DNA of 50,931 nucleotides from Alphaproteobacteria bacterium (GCA_003230015.1 QIGO01000189.1:1-50931), one strand, 5' to 3'; shown: positions 19,081 to 29,419, counted from the first letter of the stretch. Made by a program: numbers and translations. Notes: a model not told the origin generated them from the sequence alone.

Positions 19081-19863
19081 ATGGCCCGTTTCTCCGCCAA
19101 TCTCGGATTCATGTGGCCAGACCGGCCTCTCCTCGAGCGGATTGACGCCGCCGCGGCCGCAGGATTTCGCGCGATCGAATTGCATTGGCCTTACGACACG
19201 CCGGGCGAATCGGTTCGCGACTCCTGCGCTGACCGCGGATTGACGCTTCTCGGCATCAACACGGCGCGCGGTAATGTCGCAGCCGGAGATTTCGGACTTG
19301 GCGCCGTGCCCGGCCGGGAAGCGGAGTTCATGGCGGCCATAGAGCAATCCATCGCTTATTGTATGGCGTCGGGCGCCTCCTCCATCCACGCGATGGCGGG
19401 CATCAATGACCCTACGCAAGAAGAGGCCGCCATGGCGGTGTTCCGCGAGAACCTGGCGGGCGCCGCCGAGCGGGCATCGGTTCATGGATTGACGTTGCTA
19501 CTCGAACCGATCAATCCGCGCGACGTGCCGGGCTATTTTTTGTCCTGCGTCGAGGCCGCCGGGGAGATCATTGAAGCGGTCGGCGCGCCGAATATCAAGA
19601 TCATGTTCGACGTCTATCATGTCGCGATCGCCCAGGGTGATGTCCTGACACGTCTTGAGCGGTACCTTCCGCTCATTGGTCATGTTCAAATCGCCGCGGT
19701 ACCGAGCCGTCATGAGCCGGATGAAGGCGAGATCGCATACGGCGCTATTTTTGATGCGCTGGAGGAACATGATTACGGCGGCTGGATCGGCTGCGAGTAC
19801 AAACCGCGGGACGCCACGGAGAGTGGGCTGGGATGGGTTCAGACGCTAGGGGTTCGGCTATGA
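19081..19863 (+). CDS. otnI: Hydroxypyruvate isomerase family, probable 2-oxo-tetronate isomerase
   Basis: RFSANL, LEPIN.RD.PGYFL, DVYH, HVQIA.VP.RHEPD.GE, GCEYKP, in otnK/otnC context. Confidence 0.82.
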   Translation: MARFSANLGFMWPDRPLLERIDAAAAAGFRAIELHWPYDTPGESVRDSCADRGLTLLGINTARGNVAAGDFGLGAVPGREAEFMAAIEQSIAYCMASGASSIHAMAGINDPTQEEAAMAVFRENLAGAAERASVHGLTLLLEPINPRDVPGYFLSCVEAAGEIIEAVGAPNIKIMFDVYHVAIAQGDVLTRLERYLPLIGHVQIAAVPSRHEPDEGEIAYGAIFDALEEHDYGGWIGCEYKPRDATESGLGWVQTLGVRL

Positions 19864-20732
19864 CCAATGTTGCCGTTGTTGTCGAGTCGAAGAACCTCCT
19901 CGGCGAGGGGCCGGTCTGGTGTTCGCGCGATCGTGTTCTCTGGTGGGTGGACATCATTGGGCGCGAGATACTTCGGTTCGATGCCGGCACGGCGATACTC
20001 GACCGCTGGCCGACGGAGATGCGGCCATGCTGCCTCGCGGTGCGTGAGGCCGGTGGCCTGATCGTTGGCTTCGATAAGGGATTCGGCCTATTTGCCCCAG
20101 AGACGGGGACGGTTACGTGGTACGCGGACAACGAGAAGGATACGCTGCGCACGCGAATCAACGACGGCAAGTGCGATCGCCGCGGCCGTTTCTTCGTCGG
20201 CACGCTGGACGACGAACTCAAGGAACATCTTGGTGCTCTCTATCGCCTCGACGCCAATGGAGTTACGTCGCAAATCGATCGCGGCTTCGGCATCTCCAAT
20301 GGCCCTGCGTGGAGCCCGGACGACAAAACATTCTATGTCGGCGACAGCATGGACAGGGCGATATACGTCTACGACTTCGATGCAGGGGCAGGGACCGTAT
20401 CGAACAAACGGGTCTTCGCGACGATAGACGATGGAGCGGGCATTCCCGATGGAGCGACAGTGGATGCCGAGGGTTTTCTGTGGAATGCTCAGTGGGATGC
20501 CTGGCGCGTGGTGCGCTATGCCCCCGACGGGCGGGTCGATCGTACTATTCAAATGCCGGTCAGGCGGCCGACGAGTTGCATGTTTGGCGGGCCTGATTTC
20601 ACGACCCTCTACGTAACTAGCGCGATCTGGGATCCATCCGATCCGTTGCTGGCCGGAGAGCCGCTAGCGGGTGCGGTCTTTGCGCTTGAAACTGGCGTGC
20701 GCGGCTTGCCCGAGCCGCGTTTTGCCGGTTGA
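19860..20732 (+). CDS. SMP-30/gluconolactonase family sugar lactonase
   Basis: LGEGPVW, RINDGKCD..GR, ISNG..WSPD, PDG..VD.EG, LYVTSA. ATGA overlap with otnI. Confidence 0.92.
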   Translation: MTNVAVVVESKNLLGEGPVWCSRDRVLWWVDIIGREILRFDAGTAILDRWPTEMRPCCLAVREAGGLIVGFDKGFGLFAPETGTVTWYADNEKDTLRTRINDGKCDRRGRFFVGTLDDELKEHLGALYRLDANGVTSQIDRGFGISNGPAWSPDDKTFYVGDSMDRAIYVYDFDAGAGTVSNKRVFATIDDGAGIPDGATVDAEGFLWNAQWDAWRVVRYAPDGRVDRTIQMPVRRPTSCMFGGPDFTTLYVTSAIWDPSDPLLAGEPLAGAVFALETGVRGLPEPRFAG

Positions 20733-20743
20733 CCGCAGGCAAT

Positions 20744-21558
20744 AGTGCTGTCAAACAAAAGCGAGCCGGTGTCAGTTTGCCGTTGGGTTTGGAATCTCAA
20801 GCTGTACAAAGCATCCGCCACTCGGACAGCGCGGCGGTGCGGTTCAGTTTGAAATTCCGGCGGCCGGTGAGATGGCGTTCGTGATTGAAATGATTGAGGA
20901 AAGACGAGTGGACGGCGGCGAACTTTTGCAGACTTCGCATCCGCCGGAACCTCTGCATAGCTCGTTCGCGTCGTCGGAGCGGCAGGTGTGAGTTCTCAGC
21001 GCGGTTATTGACCCAGCGGCCGGTCTCCTGAAGCCGTTCGTTGCCGATTTCTCGCATCGCAGCCCGATAGGACCGAAGCCGGTCGGTGACGATGGCTTTC
21101 GGCCCCCCGTACCGCTTCATGGTCTTCTTCAGAAAATGTAAAGCTGCCTTGCGATCGCGGCGTTTGGAGACATAGGCCTCCAGCACCTCGCCTTCGTGAT
21201 CGACCGCTCGCCATAGGTAGTGCGTCTCACCTCTGATCTTCACGAACATTTCGTCCAGATGCCAGCGCCACTGCGTGACCTGGCGCATCTGCTGCGCCCT
21301 CTTCCTGCGGATCTCGCCGGCGAACATCGGGCCGAAACGGTTCCACCACAGGCGCACGGTCTCGTGGCAGATGTCGATACCCCGCTCATGGAGAAGGTCT
21401 TCCACATTCCGTAGTGACAGCGGAAAGCGGATATACATCATCACCGCCAAGCGGATGATCTCGGGTGATGTTTTGAAATAGCGAAACGGATTCTTGCTCA
21501 TACAGCGAGGCTACGGAGCATCCCGGGCGCACTCAAGCCGCTTTCCCCTGACAACACC
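20744..21558 (-). mobile_element. IS6-family element with intact transposase
   Basis: Imperfect terminal IRs (AGTGCTGTCA at 20744; reverse GGTGTTGTCA ending 21558) around the transposase ORF. Confidence 0.85.
20797..21501 (-). CDS. IS6-family DDE transposase
   Basis: 234 aa with PLSLRNVEDLLHERGIDI, WHLDE, YLWRAVD, VTD and NNRAENSH. Confidence 0.95.
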   Translation of the reverse strand: MSKNPFRYFKTSPEIIRLAVMMYIRFPLSLRNVEDLLHERGIDICHETVRLWWNRFGPMFAGEIRRKRAQQMRQVTQWRWHLDEMFVKIRGETHYLWRAVDHEGEVLEAYVSKRRDRKAALHFLKKTMKRYGGPKAIVTDRLRSYRAAMREIGNERLQETGRWVNNRAENSHLPLRRRERAMQRFRRMRSLQKFAAVHSSFLNHFNHERHLTGRRNFKLNRTAALSEWRMLCTA

Positions 21559-21600
21559 CTGCAGCGGCTTCAGCCTTGCTTCGCGGCTGATTGGTATCGA

Positions 21601-21901
21601 TCAGGCCCGCAGGTCACAGAGAATATCCCTCTCCTCCTTGAGCAGACGGTTCTCTTTGCGAAGCCTGTCGTTCTCTTTCGCCAAATCCAAATCAGGAGCC
21701 GACGGCATATCGTCCGGCGCTGACTTTTGGATCCATTTATTCAGCGTCGAAAAGCCAATGCCCAAATCCGAGGCAGCCTGCCGACGGCTAAGCCCGCTCG
21801 TCAGCGCAATGGGGATCGCCTCCCGACGGAACTCGTCGCTGTGTCGCCGTGCCATGTTCGCTCCTCTCGACAAATATTGCGAATAGTCGCGAAACGGCTC
21901 A
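21601..21901 (-). mobile_element. IS3-family remnant: left end and orfA, truncated before orfB
   Basis: From 21855: MARRHSDEFRREA..IALTSG..LGIGFSTLNKW..ENDRLRKENRLLKEERDIL, then homology stops where the KKA frameshift window is expected. Putative IRL TGAGCCG at 21901. Confidence 0.8.
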
Positions 21902-22612
21902 CGGCATCTGCCCCCGTGCCTGCCAGTATTGCCGGGCGACTGTCTCGAGGTGATCGCGCATAACCGATTCAGCGCGTTCGGGATTCTTTTCGGCCACAGC
22001 GTCGAAAATGCACTCGTGGGATCGGTATGCCATTTTGCCGGCGTTCGGAATGCGGAGAGTCAGAGAACGTTGCATCGTCAACCATTCGGCCACGGCCTCA
22101 TGAATTGCCGAGAAGATCGGGTTGCGCGAAATCTCGGCGAGAACCAAGTGAAAAGCGACATCTGTTCGCTCAAACGCGTCGAGATCGCCAAGCGCCGCCT
22201 TGTTGGCATCGAGGGCAGCACGCAAATCTTCAATATCCGTTGGCGAGGCGTGCTGCGCGGCATGACGTACCAGACCAACTTCGAAGAAGGTCCGCGCTAC
22301 TTGGAAATGCCGCTCTCCTTCCGGCTCAGCCAGCAAATGGCGCGCGGCGCCACGGAGCTCGTTAAGCAGAAGGCGCGGCGTGGGTTTGGTGACTCGGCCG
22401 CGCTCGCCGGCCTTGATCTCGAGGAGCCCCATTTTCTGCAGGGAATAGAGAGCTTCGCGAATGGTAGGACGGCCAACCCCAAACCTTTCCATGAGTTGGC
22501 GTTCTGAAGGTATCTGGTCACCCGGTTTGTATTGGGGCGACAGAAGCATCTCTTCGAGGCGCGCCAACACCTCGTCGGACAACCGTTTACGGCGAATGAT
22601 CTGTGTCTGCAC
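21899..22612 (-). CDS. GntR/FadR-family regulator (NanR-like)
   Basis: PSERQLMERFGVGRPTIREAL HTH and FCD domain (DVAFH, H..I, M..HL). GTG start with a GGAGA RBS. Confidence 0.9.
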   Translation of the reverse strand: MQTQIIRRKRLSDEVLARLEEMLLSPQYKPGDQIPSERQLMERFGVGRPTIREALYSLQKMGLLEIKAGERGRVTKPTPRLLLNELRGAARHLLAEPEGERHFQVARTFFEVGLVRHAAQHASPTDIEDLRAALDANKAALGDLDAFERTDVAFHLVLAEISRNPIFSAIHEAVAEWLTMQRSLTLRIPNAGKMAYRSHECIFDAVAEKNPERAESVMRDHLETVARQYWQARGQMP

Positions 22613-22640
22613 GCGCGTCTCCCAATAGTGCTCCATCAGC

Positions 22641-22816
22641 AGGCGCGTAATCGAACGCACCGTCATCTGGATCGGGCGTAATCGAAGAATGGCCAAGGAT
22701 GTCGAACGCCTCATCGGCCCCGCACCAGCCTACATCCTTATCCCCATCATCTAACTCATGACACGCCACCTCGCACGGCGCAGATATCGTGCGGCTCATT
22801 TCAACAAGGACTCTAA
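22641..22816 (+). pseudogene. IS5-family (IS1031-like) transposase 3' remnant with right end
   Basis: RRVIERTVIWIGRNRRMAKDVERLI....II*LMTRHLAR matches the '[22 protein letters not shown]' motif. It has an internal stop and ends GACTCTAA. Confidence 0.75.
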
Positions 22817-23611
22817 GCCTGCAAAACGACAAAGGTCCAGCCGGACGCCGGGACCGGCAGCTACGAGCGGGTTACCCTTATAAAGACCATTGTTTGCCAT
22901 AAAATCGCTCGTCCATCCGCCGGCCTCACGCACCAATGCAATCCCGCCAAGGCAATCCCATGAATTGATGTGAGGCATAAAGGCGCCAATAAGCCGGTCT
23001 GCCGCCACGTAGGCCAGCATCAAGGCGGCGGATCCATTTTGGAAATACAAACCACCTGCTTCGAGCAGGTTTGAGGCGAACGGGATGATGTCGATCGGTT
23101 TGCATCGGTGCGCGAAAGGCATGCCTACCGAACCCTCAGTGACGGTTGTCGCCCGGCTCACACTGAGGCGTGTACCATTCAGCCAAGAACCGGCCCCGCG
23201 ACTTGCGGCATAAATATCACCCGTACATGGCTGCACGACGACGCCAAGGATGACGTCATCGTGCAAGACATACGCAATGGAAACAGTCCAAGTTGGTATC
23301 CCGGAGAGAAAGGCTGCCGTTCCGTCAATTGGATCGACGACCCATAGTCCCGAGACAGATTCTTGGCTCCCCTCAGTAAGACCGCTTTCTTCGCCCAGGA
23401 AGTCATCGTCCGGAAATTGAGAAGCCAGTCGGTTGCGTATGAGCTGCTCGACACGTGCATCGGCCTCGCTCACAAAATCCTGCACTCCCTTAACCGTTGT
23501 CGTGAGGTCGGCTCTCTTGCCAAAGAGTTCGAGCGCAAGATCACCAGCCTCTGTCGCGATTTTCTGAGCTGCTTCATAGCGGCAGGCTATTTGGTCGTTA
23601 GACATATCCAT
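22796..23611 (-). CDS. Inositol monophosphatase family phosphatase
   Basis: DFVSEAD, LGEE, WVVDPIDGT, GSAAL, WD..GG. Confidence 0.92.
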   Translation of the reverse strand: MDMSNDQIACRYEAAQKIATEAGDLALELFGKRADLTTTVKGVQDFVSEADARVEQLIRNRLASQFPDDDFLGEESGLTEGSQESVSGLWVVDPIDGTAAFLSGIPTWTVSIAYVLHDDVILGVVVQPCTGDIYAASRGAGSWLNGTRLSVSRATTVTEGSVGMPFAHRCKPIDIIPFASNLLEAGGLYFQNGSAALMLAYVAADRLIGAFMPHINSWDCLGGIALVREAGGWTSDFMANNGLYKGNPLVAAGPGVRLDLCRFAGLESLLK

Positions 23612-23753
23612 TCGATTTGTTCTCGGCTCCTTGGTTAGGCGAAAATCTAGCAATTGGGCTTGACAGATTTGCTAGAGTCGGCGGGCTCATAACTTGCCTC
23701 GAGCGACGTCAGGGTTCTTGAGATCCAATGCTATTTGGTTTGCGGATTGCCTC

Positions 23754-24869
23754 CTACGAAGTAGTTATGGCGGCCTCAGCGAGGTGAACCTCGTGCAAAT
23801 CTTCGCGGCGTCTACCGCTCGAGGTCTCGAAAAGATGAACAACGTCTGGAGACCAGGTAAGGCGGACTTGGCTGCCGCGCTCGATTGAGAAGCGACCATG
23901 GGTTCGAACGGCGATTTTCTCGTCGCCGACATTGCAATCGACGATCGAATCGGCGCCCAAGTATTCGGCGCCCCGCACGATCGCCGGTAGCCCCCCAGAC
24001 TCACAGAAGCGAATGTCCTCCGGCCGCAACCCGAGGCTCAAGTCCTGCCCGCGGACCGCCAGGATAGGCGGGCCATCGAGGCCGCGTAGGACGGCGCCAC
24101 CCTGATGGTTCATCAACCGGATCAAGTTCATTGGTGGCGAACCGATGAAGCGGCCAACAAAGGCCGAGGCGGGACGTTGATAGATCTCATCGGGAGGAGC
24201 GCTCTGCTCGATACGACCTTCGCGCAGCAGGATGATCTTGTCGGCCATGCTCATGGCCTCGACTTGATCGTGGGTCACGTAGACCATGGTGATGCCCAGC
24301 TTGCGTTGCAGGTCGCGAATCTCCGTCCGCACTTCATGGCGCAGCTTGGCGTCAAGGTTCGATAGTGGCTCGTCCATCAGGCAGACTGGCTTTTCGGCGA
24401 TGACCGCCCGACCCAGGGCGACTCGCTGCTGTTGGCCACCGGAAAGCTGACTCGGTCGGCGGTCCAAAAGCTCGGACAAGCCCAGAAGATCGGCGCAGCG
24501 CTTCAATCGCTCGCCCTGTTCGGCCTTGGGCACCCGGCGCACCTTAAGGCCAAAGAGGATGTTCTCTGCGACGGTCAGGTGCGGAAACAGTGCATAGGAT
24601 TGGAATACCATCGACAGCTGCCGCCGCGCCGGCGGCATATTTGTAACGTCTCGGCCGCCGATGGCTATGCGCCCGGCCGAAACCATTTCCAGGCCGGCTA
24701 TCAATCGCAAGGTCGTCGACTTGCCGCATCCGGAGGGGCCGAGCAGGACAGTGAAACCGCCTGTTGGGGCTTCGAAGCTTACGTTGTCGACCGCCTTGAC
24801 GGAGCCCCACGATTTGTCGACGCCGCGCACCGAGATCGAGAACAATTCCTTGGCAGTTTTCGTCGTCAC
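23754..24869 (-). CDS. ugpC: UgpC/MalK-type ABC ATPase
   Basis: GPSGCGKST, VFQSYALFPH, LSGGQQQR, DEPLSNLD and a C-terminal TOBE domain. Confidence 0.85.
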   Translation of the reverse strand: MTTKTAKELFSISVRGVDKSWGSVKAVDNVSFEAPTGGFTVLLGPSGCGKSTTLRLIAGLEMVSAGRIAIGGRDVTNMPPARRQLSMVFQSYALFPHLTVAENILFGLKVRRVPKAEQGERLKRCADLLGLSELLDRRPSQLSGGQQQRVALGRAVIAEKPVCLMDEPLSNLDAKLRHEVRTEIRDLQRKLGITMVYVTHDQVEAMSMADKIILLREGRIEQSAPPDEIYQRPASAFVGRFIGSPPMNLIRLMNHQGGAVLRGLDGPPILAVRGQDLSLGLRPEDIRFCESGGLPAIVRGAEYLGADSIVDCNVGDEKIAVRTHGRFSIERGSQVRLTWSPDVVHLFETSSGRRREDLHEVHLAEAAITTS

Positions 24870-25337
24870 AGCGAGAACATCATTCTGCCAACTACCTCAT
24901 TTGCCCAAATACACATCAACATAACATGGAGCTTAGGCGTCGTCGCTCGACAGGCTAACGAGTGACCACACGATCGTCGTCACGCCAGTGCTAGAACCTG
25001 CGGTGTTTAGCCGAAGACGGCCGACCAACCGCTAGCCTCGTGTACCCGCCTGGCACGCTTGGCCGGATCGGTCGCTAAGCCAAGGAATCATCTTGCAATT
25101 TTCGTACATTAGCTTCACACTGTACTTAGTATACCAGCGCAGAGCAAGCGGATTGCGCCTGGGCGACGAAGGGCCGGGGTGTCGTGCGCGTTAGTTTTGG
25201 CTGACATTGGACGTCGCTGTCTGGATTGATCGCCCGGTTGTCGATGTCGAAATCCGAGCGTTGCGTGGATTGTCGCTAACAGTTGCGAGTGTTAGGGCAA
25301 GAAGGAAGAGAAACTCTAACTTAGGGGAGAGACCTAA

Positions 25338-26633
25338 ATGAATGAATTCAAAAGGGTTTTCGGTGCTGCGGCCATTGCGGCGCTCGCTGTCATGGGAGGC
25401 GCCAAAGGGGCATGGGCCCAGGCCGAAGTTGAGATACAATTTTACTTCCCGGTGGCCGTCGGTGGTAAGGCGGCAGAGAGTCTTGGCGGGCTGGTTGCCG
25501 AGTATGCGGCGCAAAGGCCGGGCGTGAAGGTCGACGCGGTCTACGCCGGCAGCTATGTCGACGCGATGGTCAAGGCGATCACCGCGTCGAGGGGCGGCAA
25601 CGCGCCGCAGCTCGCGGTGCTTGGTGCGGTGAATCTCTTTATGCTGTTGGAAGAAGACTTAATCATGCCAATCGACGACTTGATCACGTCCGATGCGGAG
25701 CGCGAGTGGCTTGACGGCTTCTACCCGGCTTTCATGGCAAACAGCCAGGCGGGCGGCAAGACCTATGGCATCCCGTTCCAGCGCTCAACTTTGGTAATGT
25801 TCTGGAACAAGGAGGCCTTCAAAGAGGCCGGACTGGACCCGGACAGGCCGCCGACCACTCTGGCCGAGTTGGTTGAGTTCGGCAAGAAACTCACTAAGCG
25901 CGACGCCGCCGGCAAGGTGACTCAGTGGGGCATGAGAATTCCTTCCTCCGGCTATCAGTATTGGGAACTCCAATGGCTGATCGGAGGTAAGTTGCCGCTG
26001 AACAACGCGGACGGCAACAAGACCAACTTCGACGATCCGCGGGTCATTGAAGCACTGCAGTATTGGCTGGACCTTAGCCAGAAGCATGAAGTCATGGCGT
26101 CAGGCCTCCTCGATTGGGGCGCTACACCAAAGGCGTTCTTCGAAGGGGAATCGGCGATAATATTCACCTCCACCGGCAACCTGACCAATGTGCGAGACAA
26201 CGCGCCGTTCGACTTCGGCGTTGGCTTCATGCCCGGCGTAAAAGACCTAGGTGTCTCGACCGGCGGTGCCAACTTCTACATCTTCAAGGGCTCCACCGAC
26301 GAGCAGAACGCCGCTGCGCTGGACTTTGTCAAATGGGTTAGCGCGCCTGAACAGGCCGCCACATGGACGCTTGCCACAGGCTACGTGGCGCCACGCCCGG
26401 ACGCCTGGGAGACGCCGACCTTGAAAGCGTACGCGGCGGATTTCCCACCTGCCGGCGTGTCTCGAGACCAACTCGAATTTGCGGTGGGTGAGTTCATGGT
26501 ATACGAGCAATACACAGTCCAATCGTTCATAGACGATAACATAGAGGCCGCCCTTACCGGGCAAAAGACACCGGAAGAAGCCATGCAGGACGCGCAGCGC
26601 AAGGCGGACCGCCTTCTGAAAAAATATCGTTGA
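25338..26633 (+). CDS. UgpB-like ABC substrate-binding protein
   Basis: Signal peptide, YFPVAVGG, YGIPFQRST, STGNL, GGANFY. Confidence 0.88.
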   Translation: MNEFKRVFGAAAIAALAVMGGAKGAWAQAEVEIQFYFPVAVGGKAAESLGGLVAEYAAQRPGVKVDAVYAGSYVDAMVKAITASRGGNAPQLAVLGAVNLFMLLEEDLIMPIDDLITSDAEREWLDGFYPAFMANSQAGGKTYGIPFQRSTLVMFWNKEAFKEAGLDPDRPPTTLAELVEFGKKLTKRDAAGKVTQWGMRIPSSGYQYWELQWLIGGKLPLNNADGNKTNFDDPRVIEALQYWLDLSQKHEVMASGLLDWGATPKAFFEGESAIIFTSTGNLTNVRDNAPFDFGVGFMPGVKDLGVSTGGANFYIFKGSTDEQNAAALDFVKWVSAPEQAATWTLATGYVAPRPDAWETPTLKAYAADFPPAGVSRDQLEFAVGEFMVYEQYTVQSFIDDNIEAALTGQKTPEEAMQDAQRKADRLLKKYR

Positions 26634-26644
26634 GGCCGGGCGCC

Positions 26645-26674
26645 CCGGGAGAGGCGCGTTGCGCCCTCTCCCGG
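26645..26674 (+). other. Intergenic stem-loop after the binding-protein gene
   Basis: CCGGGAGAGGCGC GTT GCGCCCTCTCCCGG, near-perfect inverted repeat with no T-run. Confidence 0.65.
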
Positions 26675-26724
26675 CAGACGTGCGCCCCAAACAGGGGCGA
26701 CCATCTTAACCGGAAGGATCGCAC

Positions 26725-27705
26725 ATGCCCGCGAACCGCGGTTATGATGACGTTGGCAGAAGTGAATTGACGGATACCCCCCGTAATCCGTTTGCCAGCT
26801 CCAAAGCTAGGTTTCCGGGGCTGTCGCGATTTCGTCCGCGCCGGGAGGCCGTATACGGCTGGTTGCTCCTACTGCCGGCCTTGGTATTGCTATTCGCGTT
26901 TACTCATTACCCTGGCCTCATCACCATCTGGCGCAGTTTTTTCTCGACCGCACGCGGCGCTCGGCCCTCCAAATTCATCGGCCTCGACAACTATGTCACC
27001 CTGCTGGAGGATGACATCTTCTGGCAGGTGTTGTGGAACAACTTCTTTTACGCGTTAGGCACGATCCCAACTTCGATCGCCTTGGCAATCGTCATGGCTC
27101 TTTGGGTCAATCGCAAACTGGCCGGGCGCGGATTCCTGCGGCTTTTTTATTTCGCGCCAACCATGCTGCCGCTGGTCGCCGTGGCCAATATTTGGATGTT
27201 CTTCTACACCCCTTCTTTCGGCTTTTTCGATCAGCTCCTTGGCATCTTTGGCCTCAGCGGCCCGAACTGGCTCGGCGACCCGGATACGGCTCTCTTGTCT
27301 GTGATCATAGTCGCCATTTGGAAGGAAGCCGGTTTCTTCATGATCTTCTACCTGGCAGCCTTACAGGCGATTTCGCCGCAGCTGGAGGAGGCGGCGATGC
27401 TCGAGGGTGCCAGCCGATGGTACTTCTTCCGGCGCATCACGTTTCCGCTGTTGATGCCGACCACGCTCTTCGTTCTGGTCAATGCGGTAATCAACTCATT
27501 CCGTCTGGTGGATCATATCATTGTCATGACGGGAGGCGGGCCAAACAACGCCAGCGCGCTGCTATTGTTCTATATCTTTGAGAACGCATTCCGGTTCTGG
27601 GATACCGCCTACGGCGCCACGTTAACAGTCGTGCTGTTGCTGTTGATGGCCCTGTTCGGGATCGGCCAGTTCCTTCTTCTGGACCGCAAGGTTCACTATC
27701 AGTGA
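26725..27705 (+). CDS. UgpA-like ABC permease
   Basis: Six TM segments, EAA loop (LEEAAMLEGA), TGGGP. Confidence 0.9.
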   Translation: MPANRGYDDVGRSELTDTPRNPFASSKARFPGLSRFRPRREAVYGWLLLLPALVLLFAFTHYPGLITIWRSFFSTARGARPSKFIGLDNYVTLLEDDIFWQVLWNNFFYALGTIPTSIALAIVMALWVNRKLAGRGFLRLFYFAPTMLPLVAVANIWMFFYTPSFGFFDQLLGIFGLSGPNWLGDPDTALLSVIIVAIWKEAGFFMIFYLAALQAISPQLEEAAMLEGASRWYFFRRITFPLLMPTTLFVLVNAVINSFRLVDHIIVMTGGGPNNASALLLFYIFENAFRFWDTAYGATLTVVLLLLMALFGIGQFLLLDRKVHYQ

Positions 27706-28529
27706 ACCAGCCTTTTCATACCAGCCGCCTCGACCGGGCGCTCAACACGATCGGCGCCTGGGTGCTCGGGGTGCTTTGGTTCTTGCCGCTAATCTACGCT
27801 GTTTGGGCCGCATTTCATCCCCAGGAATACTCCGCGCGCTTCGTGCTGTTGGCGCCGCTAACGTTGGAGAATTTTGCTGAGGCCTGGGCGCAAGCGCCCT
27901 TCGCCCGCTATTTCCTAAATACATTCCTGTTGGTGACACTGATCCTGGCGGTTCAGCTACTGCTGTGCACTCTTGCGGCTTATTCCTTCGCGCGTTTTGC
28001 GTTCCGTGGCCGGAACCTCATGTTCATGCTGGTTCTCATGCAAATGTTGGTCATGCCCGACATCCTAATCGTCGAGAACTACAGGACCATTTTGTTTTTG
28101 GGCCTGCTCGACACCATTCCCGCGATTGGGCTGCCGTATATGGCCTCGGGCTTCGCCATATTCCTGTTGCGCCAGTCCTTCAAAACCATTCCCAAAGAGT
28201 TAGACGAGGCGGCCCGTATAGAGGGTGCCAACATTTTGCAGATCCTATGGAAAGTCTATGTGCCGCTGACCAAGCCGGTCTACGTGGCATTTGGCCTGGT
28301 ATCGGTCAGTTTCCACTGGAACAACTTCCTGTGGCCCCTGATTGTCACCCAATCTGTAGAAACCCGGCCGCTCACGGTTGGCCTCAGTATCTTTTTCCAA
28401 ATCGAGTCGCCCGCCGACTGGTCGCTGACCACTGCCGCGTCTCTGATTACCTCAGCGCCGCTGTTGATCGCCTTTCTCATATTCCAGCGCCAATTCGTGC
28501 AGAGCTTCATGCGTGCCGGCATCAAATAG
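27702..28529 (+). CDS. UgpE-like ABC permease
   Basis: IPKELDEAARIEG, WNNFLWP, FQRQFVQS. Confidence 0.9.
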   Translation: MNQPFHTSRLDRALNTIGAWVLGVLWFLPLIYAVWAAFHPQEYSARFVLLAPLTLENFAEAWAQAPFARYFLNTFLLVTLILAVQLLLCTLAAYSFARFAFRGRNLMFMLVLMQMLVMPDILIVENYRTILFLGLLDTIPAIGLPYMASGFAIFLLRQSFKTIPKELDEAARIEGANILQILWKVYVPLTKPVYVAFGLVSVSFHWNNFLWPLIVTQSVETRPLTVGLSIFFQIESPADWSLTTAASLITSAPLLIAFLIFQRQFVQSFMRAGIK

Positions 28530-28630
28530 ACGTTACCCAAACATGGCCGATGCGGAGCGTGGCCGGTTGACCCAGCTTGGTTGTGGCGGCGTAAGGTGGC
28601 CGCGGTTATGGCCGGCTGGGGCGGGGCGGT

Positions 28631-29419
28631 CTATTTTGGACGGCCAGGCAGGAGATTTGTTATCGAATCAACGAGACCACCGTCCACGACGATGTTTTGT
28701 CCCGTGCAATACCCCGAATCAGGCCCGGCTAAGAAGGCGACAACGCTGGCGACATCTTCATAGGGATCGCCAATGCGGTGTAGCGGTATGATCGCCTCGC
28801 GCTTGGCCTTGATATCTGGGTCCTGATAGATCGAGGCGGTTGCTGGCGTGACTACGAAACCCGGCGAAACGCAATTGACCCGCACACCGTCGCCCCCCCA
28901 TTCCTGAGCCATCAACCGGACCAGCATGATTAACGTAGCTTTGCTCGGGCCGTACGCACCGAGACGAGTATGCGGAACAACGCCGGATATCGATGAGATG
29001 GCGACAAAACTGCCTCGGCTCTCCTTCAACCATGGATGTGCGGCCTTTGCCAGCAGCCAGCAGGCCCGTGTGTTAACCGCGAACAGATGGTCCCACTCGT
29101 CAACCTTTAGCTCCAACAAAGTTTTCGAATGGACGATCCCAGCGTTGCTGACGACCACGTCGAGACCTCCAAAGGCGTTGGTGGCTTCGTCCACGAGCCG
29201 CGCGGGCACCGCCGGATTCGCGACATCGCCAAGAAGTGGTATGGCGTCCGCGCCTATCTCTCGAAGTTCGCCTACGATCGCATCGAGCTCCGCCACATTC
29301 CTCGACGCGCAGGCCGCAATGTGTATCGCGCCCTCACTCCGCGCCGCAAAATCACGTACCAATCGCAGGCATATGGCGCGGCCAATGCCTCGGCTCGCGC
29401 CGGTCACCAATATACGCAT
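28631..29419 (-). CDS. Classical SDR oxidoreductase
   Basis: TGASRGIG, SNAG, YGPSK, VNCVSPG. Confidence 0.92.
   Translation of the reverse strand: MRILVTGASRGIGRAICLRLVRDFAARSEGAIHIAACASRNVAELDAIVGELREIGADAIPLLGDVANPAVPARLVDEATNAFGGLDVVVSNAGIVHSKTLLELKVDEWDHLFAVNTRACWLLAKAAHPWLKESRGSFVAISSISGVVPHTRLGAYGPSKATLIMLVRLMAQEWGGDGVRVNCVSPGFVVTPATASIYQDPDIKAKREAIIPLHRIGDPYEDVASVVAFLAGPDSGYCTGQNIVVDGGLVDSITNLLPGRPK

Noticed and set aside
22613-22714. N-terminal extension of the GntR ORF
   Set aside because: Mostly antisense IS5 remnant. A GTG with an RBS lies at 22612.
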